DNA from: an uncultured Candidatus Hydrogenedens sp.
Lineage (GTDB): Bacteria; Desulfobacterota_D; UBA1144
Direction of reading: 5' to 3'
Assembly: GCA_902609885.1 (NCBI GenBank)
Contig: CACLTT010000004.1
Span: forward strand, 75,556-139,555
DNA length: 64,000 bases
Positions 51,454-61,828 of the stretch are shown one piece after another. The notes beneath the pieces are model-generated. The model did not search any database and was not told where the DNA came from. It saw nothing but the letters and a program-made list of their open reading frames with translations. Within the stretch, counting starts at the first letter, position 1. The number at the start of each line of letters is the position of its first letter. Made by a program: the position numbers and the translations under genes.

Positions 51454-51645
51454 TTAAGAGTTTTTACTTTCTTTATCTTCATCTTCATCGGACTTCTTTT
51501 TATCATCATCTTTTACTGCTTTTTTAAACCCAGAGATTCCTTTTCCTAAAGCAGAACCGATATCACCAAGCTTGCTTGGTCCAAAAATGAGGAGTACTAT
51601 TACTAAAATAATAATTAATTCTTGAACACCTAATCCAAACATCAT
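51454..51645 (-). CDS. tatA: twin-arginine translocase subunit TatA/E
   Basis: 63 aa with an N-terminal TM (LIIILVIVLLIFGP), an amphipathic helix and an acidic tail. Confidence 0.85.
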   Translation of the reverse strand: MMFGLGVQELIIILVIVLLIFGPSKLGDIGSALGKGISGFKKAVKDDDKKKSDEDEDKESKNS

Positions 51646-51731
51646 TACCTCTTTAACAAAAGCTAACTCATTGATGTAAATGTGTCAATTAGCACCTTTA
51701 ATAAATAGTAATTTGAAATATAATATTTTCA

Positions 51732-52883
51732 GTGAAAGTTTTGATCTATACACATGAATATCCACCATTCAGGGGTGGCATTGCAACATCATCACAGAAA
51801 ATTGCAAATATTTTAAAGGGTAAATTTAATGTGGTTGTATGTTGTCCTAAATATAAAAATACAAAATCAAGTAACTCAAATAATCTAAAAATTAAAAGAA
51901 TGAATTTAATAGGCGGTGATAAATTTAAAAAAATTCCATTATTACAGTATATTCAGGGTTTTTTTTATCTGAAAAAAAGCATCAGAGATGAAAAACCTGA
52001 TTATATTTTATATTTAGGGGAAGAGGCTGAAATAGTTGGGGGTCTAGTTAATGAGGTGGAATTGAATCAAATTGTTAGAATCGCAGGGTCTGGGATTAAA
52101 TCAATTTTAGAAAATAAAAAGCTTTCAAAAGCATATAAAAAATTTTTAATGAAAAGATTATATAAAAATTCAAAGTATATAATCGCTGTTAGCAATAACA
52201 CTAAGAATTTATTAATAAAAAGCAATGAGTTTAACGAAGTAAATAAAATAAAATTAATTTATAATGGATTAGAGGATGAATTTATTAAAAAAGAAAAAGA
52301 CTACAGCTTAAGAAATAAATTAGGTTTTAAGGAAGATGATTTTATATTGTTAACAGTATCAAGAATTCTTCCACGCAAAGGTCAAGACAATGTCATTAAA
52401 GCTTTATCAAAGATTAAAAATAAAAAAATAAAATATCTATGTGTGGGAGATGGGAAATACATTAAAAAATTTAAAAAACTCTCGAAAAATTTAAAAATTG
52501 ATAATAGGATTTTATTTATTGGTGAAATAGATAGAAAAGATTCAACAAAATATTATGATATTGCTGATGCTTTTATTTTATGCAATAGAACCTGGAATAA
52601 TAAAATTGAAGGGCTGCCAAACGTTGTACTGGAAGCGATGGGAAGATCAAAACCTGTAATTGGATCGAAAGACTCTGGAACTCAGGAGTTAATAATAGAT
52701 GGAAAAACGGGTTATCATGTTGATCCAGAAAATATCCAAGATATTAAAGAAATTATTATTTGTGCCTTAGAAAATAGAAACAAATTAAAAGTTATGGGTA
52801 ATAATGCTTTAGATTTTATTCAAAAAAACTTTTCAAATAAAAAAATGGAAGATGAATATATAAGGATATTTAATGAAAATTAA
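51732..52883 (+). CDS. glycosyltransferase family 1 (GT4-like)
   Basis: GTG start. MKVLIYTHEYPPFRGGIATS N-terminus and the C-terminal E-x7-E region of GT-B retaining glycosyltransferases. Confidence 0.8.
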   Translation: MKVLIYTHEYPPFRGGIATSSQKIANILKGKFNVVVCCPKYKNTKSSNSNNLKIKRMNLIGGDKFKKIPLLQYIQGFFYLKKSIRDEKPDYILYLGEEAEIVGGLVNEVELNQIVRIAGSGIKSILENKKLSKAYKKFLMKRLYKNSKYIIAVSNNTKNLLIKSNEFNEVNKIKLIYNGLEDEFIKKEKDYSLRNKLGFKEDDFILLTVSRILPRKGQDNVIKALSKIKNKKIKYLCVGDGKYIKKFKKLSKNLKIDNRILFIGEIDRKDSTKYYDIADAFILCNRTWNNKIEGLPNVVLEAMGRSKPVIGSKDSGTQELIIDGKTGYHVDPENIQDIKEIIICALENRNKLKVMGNNALDFIQKNFSNKKMEDEYIRIFNEN

Positions 52884-53490
52884 AATATGTGGGATAACCA
52901 ATTTAGATGATGCAACAAAATGTCAAACGCTAGGTGTTAATTATCTAGGTTTTATTTTTTACAAAAAGAGTCCTAGATATATTAACTATTCAAATGCAAA
53001 AAAAATAATATCTGGTCTTAATTCTAAAGTTCAAAAAGTGGGAGTATTTGTAAATACTGATAATAATGAAATTAATACAATATCTAAGAACATAGGGCTA
53101 GACTACGTTCAATTACATGGGAATGAGGGTGAAGAGGACATTTTTAAAATTAAATTGCCTTGTATTAAAGCATTAGATGGTAATTCTAGAAATCTTTCAA
53201 ACAATATAAATATGTTTAAGAATGCAAAATATTTATTATTGGATAATATTTCAAAGAATATTAAAGGTGGAAGTGGAGATAAATTTGACTGGAATAATTT
53301 AAAAAATATAGATAATAAAAAAAATATTATTCTGTCGGGTGGGCTGAATCAAGAAAATATTTTAGATGCAATTGATAAAACTGGTATAGAATTCTATGAT
53401 TTTTGTTCCTCTACAGAGATAAAACCTGGGATTAAAAATATAAAAAAGATAGAATCTATTGTAAACTTAATTAACAATGCCAAAAAATAA
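52873..53490 (+). CDS. trpF: phosphoribosylanthranilate isomerase
   Basis: [15 protein letters not shown]-terminus. 205-aa TIM barrel. Precedes trpB-trpA. Confidence 0.85.
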   Translation: MKIKICGITNLDDATKCQTLGVNYLGFIFYKKSPRYINYSNAKKIISGLNSKVQKVGVFVNTDNNEINTISKNIGLDYVQLHGNEGEEDIFKIKLPCIKALDGNSRNLSNNINMFKNAKYLLLDNISKNIKGGSGDKFDWNNLKNIDNKKNIILSGGLNQENILDAIDKTGIEFYDFCSSTEIKPGIKNIKKIESIVNLINNAKK

Positions 53491-54700
53491 ATTTAACTTT
53501 AATTCGCTTCCTGATAAAAATGGTAGATTTGGGGATTACGGAGGTATGTTTGTTTCAGAAACTCTTGTCCCAGCCCTCAACGATCTTGAAAATAAATACA
53601 AAAAAATTAAAAATAATTCTTCATTTAAACGAGAAGTAAAAAATTTGTTGAAAAATTTTGTTGGTAGGCCTACTCCATTATATTTAGCAGAAAGAACTTC
53701 GAGAGATATTGGCGGTGCCAAAATTTATTTAAAGCGCGAAGACTTAGCACACACTGGGGCTCACAAAATAAATAATACTGTCGGTCAAGCCATTTTAGCA
53801 AAATTGATGGGCAAGAAAAGAATAATCGCAGAGACTGGCGCAGGTCAGCATGGTGTTGCAACTGCAACTATCTGCGCGCTTTTAGGATTAAAATGTGAAA
53901 TTTATATGGGTGCAACTGATACTTTTAGACAAGCCATCAATGTGCAAAGAATGAAACTTTTAGGAGCGAAGGTTATTCCTGTTAAATCTGGATCTCAAAC
54001 ACTTAAAGATGCATTAAATGAAGCTCTAAGAGATTGGGTTACTAATGTGAGAGATACATTTTACATTATTGGTAGTGTCGCTGGGCCGCATCCCTACCCA
54101 ATGATAGTCAGAGATTTTCAATCGGTAATAGGAACAGAATCAAGAAAGCAAATAATTAAAATTCAAAATAAATTGCCAGATTTACTAATAGCTTGTGTTG
54201 GAGGAGGTTCTAACGCTATTGGCTTATTCTACCCCTTTCTTAACGATCAATCTGTAAAAATGGTTGGGGTAGAAGCTGCGGGAAACGGAATAAAAACTGG
54301 TTTCCACTCAGCTAGTATCGGTGCGGGGTCAGTTGGAGTCCTTCATGGGAGTAAAACATACATACTTCAAAATGATAATGGTCAGGTCGAAGAGACACAT
54401 TCTGTTTCAGCGGGGCTAGATTATCCTGGTGTCGGTCCTGAACATTCTTTTTTAAAAGATATTAAAAGAGTAAAATATGTATCAGTTACAGATATTGAAG
54501 CTGTTAAAGCGTTACAATATTTTTCTGAAAAAGAAGGGATTATTTCTGCTCTTGAAACAGCTCATGCACTGTCGTATGCAATGAAAGTTGCAAAAAAAAT
54601 GTCTAAAAAAGAAAGTATAATTGTTAACTTGTCTGGAAGAGGTGATAAAGACCTTGAATCAGTGAATGATTTCTTAAATAAAAATAGGCAAAACCAATAA
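53477..54700 (+). CDS. trpB: tryptophan synthase beta chain
   Basis: PLP-lysine region [16 protein letters not shown] and GGGSNAIG. Confidence 0.9.
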   Translation: MPKNKFNFNSLPDKNGRFGDYGGMFVSETLVPALNDLENKYKKIKNNSSFKREVKNLLKNFVGRPTPLYLAERTSRDIGGAKIYLKREDLAHTGAHKINNTVGQAILAKLMGKKRIIAETGAGQHGVATATICALLGLKCEIYMGATDTFRQAINVQRMKLLGAKVIPVKSGSQTLKDALNEALRDWVTNVRDTFYIIGSVAGPHPYPMIVRDFQSVIGTESRKQIIKIQNKLPDLLIACVGGGSNAIGLFYPFLNDQSVKMVGVEAAGNGIKTGFHSASIGAGSVGVLHGSKTYILQNDNGQVEETHSVSAGLDYPGVGPEHSFLKDIKRVKYVSVTDIEAVKALQYFSEKEGIISALETAHALSYAMKVAKKMSKKESIIVNLSGRGDKDLESVNDFLNKNRQNQ

Positions 54701-55498
54701 ATGAAAATATTAAACAAGATCAAATCTGATAATGAATCAGGGAAAGTTTCGTTTATATCTTATGTAACTGCTGGCGATCCTGATATAAAAACAACCTTAG
54801 ATATTATGAAATCGTTAGTAAATAATGGAACTGACATAATAGAGCTTGGCATACCTTTTTCTGATCCGATATCTGATGGTCCTACAATCCAAAAAGCTTC
54901 GGAAAGATCATTAAAAAAAAATATTAATATTAGTAAAGCTCTAAATATAGTAAAAGAATTTAGAAAAGAATTCTCGACTCCAATAATAATATTTGGTTAC
55001 TATAATCCTTTTTTAAGATATGGAATAAATAATTTAATGAGGGATATTAAAAATGTAGATGCAAATGGAATTTTAGTTGTTGATCTACCTCCTGAGGAGT
55101 CTCACCAAATACAGAAGTCAGTTAATAAACATAGTCTTGAGCTTGTCTATCTTGTTGCACCAACTAGTACAGACTATAGAATACAGACAATCTCCAACCT
55201 ATCCAACTCATTTATATACCTCGTTTCAGTTACGGGCGTGACAGGTACAAGGAGTAAAATTGATAAAAATCTCATACCATTTATAAAGAAATTAAAGAAG
55301 ATAACAAAAAAACCTATTTGTGTGGGATTTGGAATATCTAGCACAAAACATGTTAATGAATTAAAGAAAAAAGTTAATGGAATAGTTATTGGTAGTGCTA
55401 TTGTTAAAATTATAGAAAAAAATCTAAATGATAAGCGTGAAATTACAAAAAAAATATCTAATTTCTGCAGAAAAATATCTAAGGCATGTAGAATTTAA
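54701..55498 (+). CDS. trpA: tryptophan synthase alpha chain
   Basis: YVTAGDPDIKTTLDIMKSL…IELGIPFSDPISDGPTIQ, a conserved TrpA sequence. Confidence 0.9.
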   Translation: MKILNKIKSDNESGKVSFISYVTAGDPDIKTTLDIMKSLVNNGTDIIELGIPFSDPISDGPTIQKASERSLKKNINISKALNIVKEFRKEFSTPIIIFGYYNPFLRYGINNLMRDIKNVDANGILVVDLPPEESHQIQKSVNKHSLELVYLVAPTSTDYRIQTISNLSNSFIYLVSVTGVTGTRSKIDKNLIPFIKKLKKITKKPICVGFGISSTKHVNELKKKVNGIVIGSAIVKIIEKNLNDKREITKKISNFCRKISKACRI

Positions 55499-55590
55499 GG
55501 ACTTTTAACTTTTTTATCTATATGGCAAAATATATTATTCAAATTTAAACATTTGTGAGTATTTCACATAAAAAAAAGGAGTGAGAATTT

Positions 55591-57315
55591 ATGGAATTAC
55601 TATTTAAAACAAGATCTACAGAATATACTGGACCCGGCGGTTTGCCTAATGGAAGTCTAGACAATACTAGCGAATGGAAACCAATGACTAAGTATTTAGA
55701 GATAGGAGCTGAAAGTTATCCAGATAAAGCTATGTTCAAAATTGCTGATAGTGATGGAAAAGTAGTTGAGACATACAGTTACAAAGAAACTAATGATAAA
55801 GCCAACCAAGTTGCAAATGGGCTTATCTCTAAAGTTGATGTAAAAAAAGGTGATAAGATTGGAATGTATATGTTAAATTGTGCGGAATTTGTACTTTCAA
55901 TTCTCGCAATTCATAAAACTGGTGGTATTCAGGTCCCAATCAATAAAGATGAAAAGGGAGAAAGACTTGCATACATTATTAATTATTCTGATCAAGTAGC
56001 TTTAGTTGTTGATCCCTCTGGTCTTCAGTTGATTGAAGATATTGCTGATAAGCTTGAAAATCTTAAATTAATTTATGTAACTGGAGACGCAGCAAGCGTA
56101 CCAGAAAAGATAGGTAATATTCCTGCTGAGCCATTTAACTCTTTACAAGAATTTGGGTCTGATAATCCAGGAGTTGATGTTCAAATAAGTGATAAGGAAA
56201 GATGTATGTTTACCTCGGGTACAACTGGTATGCCAAAAGGTGTTGTCAGGGAACATGGTGGAGTTGTTTTAACAGTTAGAGCATATATGCAGCAACAAGG
56301 AGTAAGAAGTGATGACACTCTTATGAGTGTTCTTTCGCTTGGACATGCTAATGCGCAGGCGTTATGTCTATTTTGTGCAATTGGTGCTGGTGCAACAGCA
56401 GTATTTTTTCCTAAATTTTCAGCATCTAACTTTTTCAAGTGGGCCCATGACTGCGATGCAACCTGCGTAAACATGCTAGGTGCTGTTGCAGAATATCTTT
56501 ATGCATCCAAACCAAGTGAATATGATCAAAAACATAAAATTAGAATTATGCTAGGTTCGCCTGCACCAAGAAATCTAGAAGATTTCCAAAAAAGGTTCAA
56601 TGTTAGGGTTATAGATGGTTATGGCTCAACTGAAATGGGTATGGTGCTTTGGAAAAATCCTGAAGATGTAAGAGCAGGATCATGTGGATATCCTACAGAA
56701 GGTTTCTATGTTGAATTAAGAAATCCTGATAATATTCAAGAAGTTATAAGACCACACTGGGATCCATATATAGATTCTACCCCTCCTGATTCAGCGAAAG
56801 GAATTCTTTATATTAGACCGTTAGTCCCAAATACGACTTTAAATGAATATTTTAAAGATGATAGAAGAACTAGAGAAGCTTTTGACGATGATGGGTTCTT
56901 CAATTCTGATGATGTTATGGCATGTGGAACAGATGGTAGATATTATTTTATCGGAAGACATACAAGACTTAGAGTCTCTGGTGAAAATGTTGATCCCGTA
57001 GCTGTTGCTGATTTAGCTCTTATGCATCCTGCAGTTCAAGATGCTATTGCGGTCGGGTTAAGACTGCCAGACGTTTCAGATGATGAGCTGAAACTTAATA
57101 TAATTCTTAAAGACGGAGAAAAATTTGATGAAGCTGAATTTTGTACCTGGATGGCTGAACAATGTATTATCGCCATGGTACCAAGATTCATCGAAATTTT
57201 AGATGGATGGCCTATGACTGCAACTCAAAAAGTCAAAGTTGCAGAGCTTAAAGAAATCACTGATAAAACATGGGATAGAGCCAAAGCAGGCCTTAAATTC
57301 AGCGCAAGAAAGTAA
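55591..57315 (+). CDS. AMP-forming acyl-CoA synthetase, CaiC-like family (paralog 1)
   Basis: A3 motif TSGTTGMPKGV, A5 GYGSTE, and an A8-like RVSGENVDP resembling CaiC KRGGENV. GC-richer than paralog 2. Confidence 0.8.
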   Translation: MELLFKTRSTEYTGPGGLPNGSLDNTSEWKPMTKYLEIGAESYPDKAMFKIADSDGKVVETYSYKETNDKANQVANGLISKVDVKKGDKIGMYMLNCAEFVLSILAIHKTGGIQVPINKDEKGERLAYIINYSDQVALVVDPSGLQLIEDIADKLENLKLIYVTGDAASVPEKIGNIPAEPFNSLQEFGSDNPGVDVQISDKERCMFTSGTTGMPKGVVREHGGVVLTVRAYMQQQGVRSDDTLMSVLSLGHANAQALCLFCAIGAGATAVFFPKFSASNFFKWAHDCDATCVNMLGAVAEYLYASKPSEYDQKHKIRIMLGSPAPRNLEDFQKRFNVRVIDGYGSTEMGMVLWKNPEDVRAGSCGYPTEGFYVELRNPDNIQEVIRPHWDPYIDSTPPDSAKGILYIRPLVPNTTLNEYFKDDRRTREAFDDDGFFNSDDVMACGTDGRYYFIGRHTRLRVSGENVDPVAVADLALMHPAVQDAIAVGLRLPDVSDDELKLNIILKDGEKFDEAEFCTWMAEQCIIAMVPRFIEILDGWPMTATQKVKVAELKEITDKTWDRAKAGLKFSARK

Positions 57316-57319
57316 GTTA

Positions 57320-59047
57320 ATGCAACTTTTTTTTAGACCAGTTGAAAAAAAATATGAGGGAGAAGGAATTCTCCCTCATGGAACCTTTGATAATACTAAT
57401 AATTGGAATCCATTAATTAAATATTTAGAAAAAGGGGCAATTGATTTCCCCGATAAAACTATGTTCAAAATGGGTGATGCTAATGGCAGGATTATTGAAC
57501 AATTTACATACGAAGAGACCAATCAAAAATCCAATCAAATTGCAAATTACCTTATTGAAAACTGTTCTATTAATAGTGAAGATAAAATAGGAATTTTTAT
57601 GCTAAATTCCTCCGAGTTTGTATTTTCTATTCTAGCTACACATAAAACTGGGGCCATTCAAGTTCCTGTTAATAAAGATGAAAAAGGTGAACGACTCTTA
57701 TATGTGATTAATTATTCTGAGATGAAAGTTTTAATTATTGATAAAAGTGCGATTGATTTAATTGAACCTATTGCTGATAAATTTGAAAATTTAGAAAGAA
57801 TTTTTATTTCTAGAAGTGATGGAAATATTCCAAATAATTTAGGAAATATTAATTGTGAAGAATTTGAATCATTTTATAAAGGTAGTATCGATAATCCGAA
57901 CATTAAGCTTACTATAGCCAATAAAGAGCGATGTATGTTTACATCTGGTACAACTGGTATGCCAAAAGGTGTAGTAAGAGAGCACGGTGGAGTTCTTATG
58001 ACAGTACGAAGTTATATACAACATCAAGGTATTAGGAGTAATGATACTTTAATGAGTGTTTTATCCTTGGGTCATGCAAATGCTCAGGCAATGTGTTTAT
58101 TTGCTGCCATAGGTGCAGGTTGTACTGCAGTTTTTTTTCCAAAATTTTCTGCTTCTAATTTTTGGAAATGGGCATATGACTGTGGAGCGACAGTTACAAA
58201 CTTCCTTGGAGCAGTCGCAGAATACCTTTGGTCAGCAAAGCCAGGCGATTATGATAAAAAACATAATGTTAGAATTGTTTTAGCAGGCCCTGCTCCCAGA
58301 AATTTAATAGAATTTGAAAAAAGATTCAATCTTAAAATAGTTGAAGGATATGGATCTACTGAAATGGGGATGCCTCTTTGGAAAAGCCCTGAAGATGCTA
58401 GAGTTGGTTCATGTGGATATCCTGTTGAGGGGTATTATTTAGAAATTCGAAATCCTGAAAACATTGAGGAGGTAATCAAGCCTCATTGGAATCCCAGCTT
58501 AGAAGAAAAACCCCCAGAATCCGCGAAAGGATTATTATTTATAAGACCAAATGTACCAAATACAACTTTAAATGAGTATTTTAAAGATTTGAGAAGGACT
58601 AGGGAAGCTTTTGATGATGATGGTTTTTTTAATTCTGATGATTTATTTGCTGCTGGAACAGATGGAAGATATTACTTTATTGGTAGATATTCAAGACTGA
58701 GAGTTTCTGGTGAAAATGTTGATCCCATAGCAGTTGCTGACTTAGCTTTAATGCACCCTGTGATTCAAGATGCAATTGCAGTAGGATTAAGACTTCCAGA
58801 TATTTCCGATGATGAACTTAAATTAAATATAATAATAAAAGATGGTGAAAAATTTGATGAAGCTGAGTTCTGCACTTGGATGGCTGAGCAGTGTATAGTT
58901 GCAATGGTTCCGAGATTCATTGAGATTTTTGATGGCGGATTCCCAATGACTGCTTCTCAAAAAGTTAAAGTTGCTGATTTAAAAGAGATAACAGATAGAA
59001 CATGGGATAGAGCCAAATCAGGGTTAAAATTCAGCTCTAGAAAGTAA
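57320..59047 (+). CDS. AMP-forming acyl-CoA synthetase, CaiC-like family (paralog 2)
   Basis: About 70% identical to paralog 1 over the full length. The start is taken at ATG 57320 (MQLFFRPVEKKYEGEG, collinear with paralog 1) rather than the overlapping 57239. Confidence 0.8.
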   Translation: MQLFFRPVEKKYEGEGILPHGTFDNTNNWNPLIKYLEKGAIDFPDKTMFKMGDANGRIIEQFTYEETNQKSNQIANYLIENCSINSEDKIGIFMLNSSEFVFSILATHKTGAIQVPVNKDEKGERLLYVINYSEMKVLIIDKSAIDLIEPIADKFENLERIFISRSDGNIPNNLGNINCEEFESFYKGSIDNPNIKLTIANKERCMFTSGTTGMPKGVVREHGGVLMTVRSYIQHQGIRSNDTLMSVLSLGHANAQAMCLFAAIGAGCTAVFFPKFSASNFWKWAYDCGATVTNFLGAVAEYLWSAKPGDYDKKHNVRIVLAGPAPRNLIEFEKRFNLKIVEGYGSTEMGMPLWKSPEDARVGSCGYPVEGYYLEIRNPENIEEVIKPHWNPSLEEKPPESAKGLLFIRPNVPNTTLNEYFKDLRRTREAFDDDGFFNSDDLFAAGTDGRYYFIGRYSRLRVSGENVDPIAVADLALMHPVIQDAIAVGLRLPDISDDELKLNIIIKDGEKFDEAEFCTWMAEQCIVAMVPRFIEIFDGGFPMTASQKVKVADLKEITDRTWDRAKSGLKFSSRK

Positions 59048-59183
59048 CTTCTAATTCCTTACAGTTATGATCAAATATACTACTTATAATTTTTTATTTC
59101 AAAAAAAGTATTTAAAATATTATATTTTTAAAGATATAAAGGGCGTATAAATATATATTTTTAGTGAAAGAAAATAGATTTGA

Positions 59184-59198
59184 TGGCATACTTATTGC
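59184..59198 (+). promoter_or_regulatory. sigma-54 (-24/-12) promoter TGGCAT-N5-TTGC upstream of glnB-glnA
   Basis: GG (59185-86) and GC (59197-98) are separated by exactly 10 nt. The element lies about 90 nt upstream of the glnB start. An NtrC-like activator is encoded in the window. Confidence 0.5.
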
Positions 59199-59286
59199 CA
59201 GATTTGAAATATGCATTATTAGAGGGATTTTATAATTCCATGCTTTAATTGCATGGCAATTTTTTTCCCATTGGAGGATTTTGAAA

Positions 59287-59625
59287 ATGAAAATGATTCA
59301 AGCAATAATTAAGCCCTTTAAACTTGATGATGTTAAGGAAGCATTAAAAGCAGTGGGCGTAACTGGCATGACTGTCTCCGAAGTAAAAGGCTTTGGACGA
59401 CAAAAGGGCCATACAGAAGTTTATAGAGGTGCAGAATATGAAATTGAATTTATCCCAAAAATTCAATTAGATATTGCTGTATCAGATGACACAGTAGATA
59501 GTGTTATCAAAGCAATTCAAGAGTCTGCGAATACAAATAAAATTGGTGATGGAAAGATTTTCGTTACCTCTGTTGAGCAGGCTGTAAGAATTAGAACTGG
59601 TGAAACAGGAGATTCGGCGGTATAA
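59287..59625 (+). CDS. glnB: nitrogen regulatory protein P-II
   Basis: [20 protein letters not shown]…[17 protein letters not shown] (T-loop Tyr51). SD GGAGGA lies 8 nt upstream of ATG 59287. Confidence 0.9.
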   Translation: MKMIQAIIKPFKLDDVKEALKAVGVTGMTVSEVKGFGRQKGHTEVYRGAEYEIEFIPKIQLDIAVSDDTVDSVIKAIQESANTNKIGDGKIFVTSVEQAVRIRTGETGDSAV

Positions 59626-59649
59626 ATATTCGCTGATAAGGAGAAAAAA

Positions 59650-61068
59650 ATGGCAAAAACAGCAAGTGATGTTTTAAAATTAATTAAATCAAAGAAAATC
59701 GAGTTTGTCGATTTAAGATTTTGCGATATATTTGGTCGCTGGCAACATACCAGCTTCCCTTCTGCAGAAATAGATGCAAGTACTTTTAAAGACGGTATGG
59801 GATTCGATGGATCTAGCATTAGAGGATGGAAAGCTATAAATAATAGCGATATGATTATTCTTCCCGACCCAACAACTGCAGTTGTAGATCCATTTATGGC
59901 ACATCCAACATTATCCTTAATTTGTGATGTCGCCGATCCTTTAACTAAAGAAAGATACGATCTTGATCCAAGATACATTGCAACCAAAGCAGAAAATTAT
60001 CTAAAAAAAACAAAGATTGGGGATACATGTTATTTTGGTCCTGAATTGGAATTTTTTGTATTTGACGATGTAAGATATCAGTCAACTCCAAATTCGTCTT
60101 TTTATCAACTTGATTCTGAAGAAGCAGAATGGAATTCTGGTGAAGACGAAGTTCCTAATCTAGGACATAAAGCAAGATATAAAGAGGGATACTTTCCATT
60201 ATCTCCATTAGATACCTATCAAGATATTAGATCAGATATGGTTAAAGTTATGCAAGAATGTGGCCTACACGTTGAATGCCATCACCATGAAGTTGGTGGC
60301 CCTGGGCAATCGGAAATTGATTTAAGATTTGCTCCATTAACAAAAATGGCTGATGACACATTATGGTATAAATATATTGTAAAAAATGTAGCAAAAAATC
60401 ATGGAAAATCTGCTACATTTATGCCAAAACCGGTATTTGCCGATAATGGCTCAGGAATGCATGTCCACCAGTCAATTTGGAAAGGCTCAAAACCTTTATT
60501 TGCAGGAAATAAATATGCTGGGTTAAGTGATATGGCTTTGTACTATATTGGTGGAATTTTAAAACATGCAAGAGCTTTGTGTGCCTTTACAAATTCAACT
60601 ATAAATTCTTATAAAAGGTTGGTACCAGGTTATGAAGCTCCAATAGTTTTAGCACATTCAGCTAGAAATAGGAGTGCTGCTATCAGAATTCCTATGTATT
60701 CTGATAGTCCTAAAGCTAAAAGGATTGAAACAAGATTCCCCGACCCTGCTGGAAATTGCTATTTAATATTCGCTGCAATGTTAATGGCTGGATTAGATGG
60801 GATTAAAAATAAAATTAAACCTACTAAAGAATTAGAGGAAGATATTTACGAACTTTCAGAAAAAGAACTATCTAAATATCCGTCAGTCCCTGCTGCTTTA
60901 GAGGAATCACTTGATGAATTAAGAAAGGATCATAAATTTTTGTTAGAAGGTGATGTTTTCACAAAAGAATTTATCGAAGGATACATTAATTATAAAATGG
61001 ATGAAGAGATAACGCCTTGGAGAACTAGACCAAATCCATTAGAATTTGTAATGTATTACAGTGTTTAA
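59650..61068 (+). CDS. glnA: glutamine synthetase type I
   Basis: 472 aa with a GS beta-grasp and catalytic domain (…GSGMHVHQS…, NSYKRLVPGYEAP). Downstream of glnB. Confidence 0.9.
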   Translation: MAKTASDVLKLIKSKKIEFVDLRFCDIFGRWQHTSFPSAEIDASTFKDGMGFDGSSIRGWKAINNSDMIILPDPTTAVVDPFMAHPTLSLICDVADPLTKERYDLDPRYIATKAENYLKKTKIGDTCYFGPELEFFVFDDVRYQSTPNSSFYQLDSEEAEWNSGEDEVPNLGHKARYKEGYFPLSPLDTYQDIRSDMVKVMQECGLHVECHHHEVGGPGQSEIDLRFAPLTKMADDTLWYKYIVKNVAKNHGKSATFMPKPVFADNGSGMHVHQSIWKGSKPLFAGNKYAGLSDMALYYIGGILKHARALCAFTNSTINSYKRLVPGYEAPIVLAHSARNRSAAIRIPMYSDSPKAKRIETRFPDPAGNCYLIFAAMLMAGLDGIKNKIKPTKELEEDIYELSEKELSKYPSVPAALEESLDELRKDHKFLLEGDVFTKEFIEGYINYKMDEEITPWRTRPNPLEFVMYYSV

Positions 61069-61077
61069 TAGTTTTTT

Positions 61078-61102
61078 AAAGGGCTCTAATTACGAGCCCT
61101 TT
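61078..61102. terminator. bidirectional hairpin terminator (AAAGGGCTC taattac GAGCCCTTT) between glnA and nth
   Basis: 9-bp perfect inverted repeat flanked by T-rich runs on both strands. Confidence 0.6.
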
Positions 61103-61754
61103 AAGCTTTATTTGTTTTAATTCCCCTTCTTCTATTTGGATAACAAACTTTACATATATCACACTTTGTACCATCACATCCTCTTGCTGAGCAAAATTCT
61201 CTCCCATAAAAAATAATCTGTAAATGTAATTTGTTCCAACTTGATATAGGAAATATTTTTTTAAGATCTCTTTCTGTTTGTGTAACATTTTTTCCTTTGG
61301 ATAATCCCCACCTCTGAGCAAGGCGATGAATATGTGTATCAACAGGAAAGGCTGGAACATTAAAACATTTAGAAATAACTACACTTGCTGTCTTATGCCC
61401 TACCCCTGGGAGCTTTTCAAGTTCTTCAATATTTCTTGGAATTTTACCATTATATTTATCCATTATTATTTTAGAAAGTTCGTGAATTGATTTTGATTTT
61501 TGAGGTGCTAATCCGCAGGGTCTGATTATGTCATATATTTGTTTAACTTTAAGTTTCATCATCTTAGCTGCGGTATTAGCTAATGAAAATAATTTTGGCG
61601 TTATTCTATTAACTCTTTCATCGGTACATTGAGCACTTAATAAAACAGCAATAAGAAATTGAAAATTCGACTTGCTTTTTAATGGAGCAGTTGTTTCAGG
61701 ATATAATTTATTTAATTTTTTAAGAATTACTTTGGCTCTATCTTTTTTAAGCAT
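61101..61754 (-). CDS. nth: endonuclease III
   Basis: HhH-GPD (LPGVGHKTASVV), catalytic DTHIHR, and the C-terminal 4Fe-4S cluster Cx6Cx2Cx5C. Confidence 0.9.
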   Translation of the reverse strand: MLKKDRAKVILKKLNKLYPETTAPLKSKSNFQFLIAVLLSAQCTDERVNRITPKLFSLANTAAKMMKLKVKQIYDIIRPCGLAPQKSKSIHELSKIIMDKYNGKIPRNIEELEKLPGVGHKTASVVISKCFNVPAFPVDTHIHRLAQRWGLSKGKNVTQTERDLKKIFPISSWNKLHLQIIFYGREFCSARGCDGTKCDICKVCYPNRRRGIKTNKA

Positions 61755-61828
61755 AATATTTCACTATCAAAATTAATATAACGCAGAAAAATCATTTTTT
61801 AATTTTATAAATCAGCTAATCTTAATTT

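Noticed and set aside
55499-55590. TGGCAA at 55522-55527 upstream of the first acyl-CoA ligase, considered as a second sigma-54 promoter
   Set aside because: There is no GC dinucleotide at the required +10 spacing (the sequence is TGGCAAAATATATTATTC). It is only a partial -24 look-alike. The same applies to TGGCAA at 59253.
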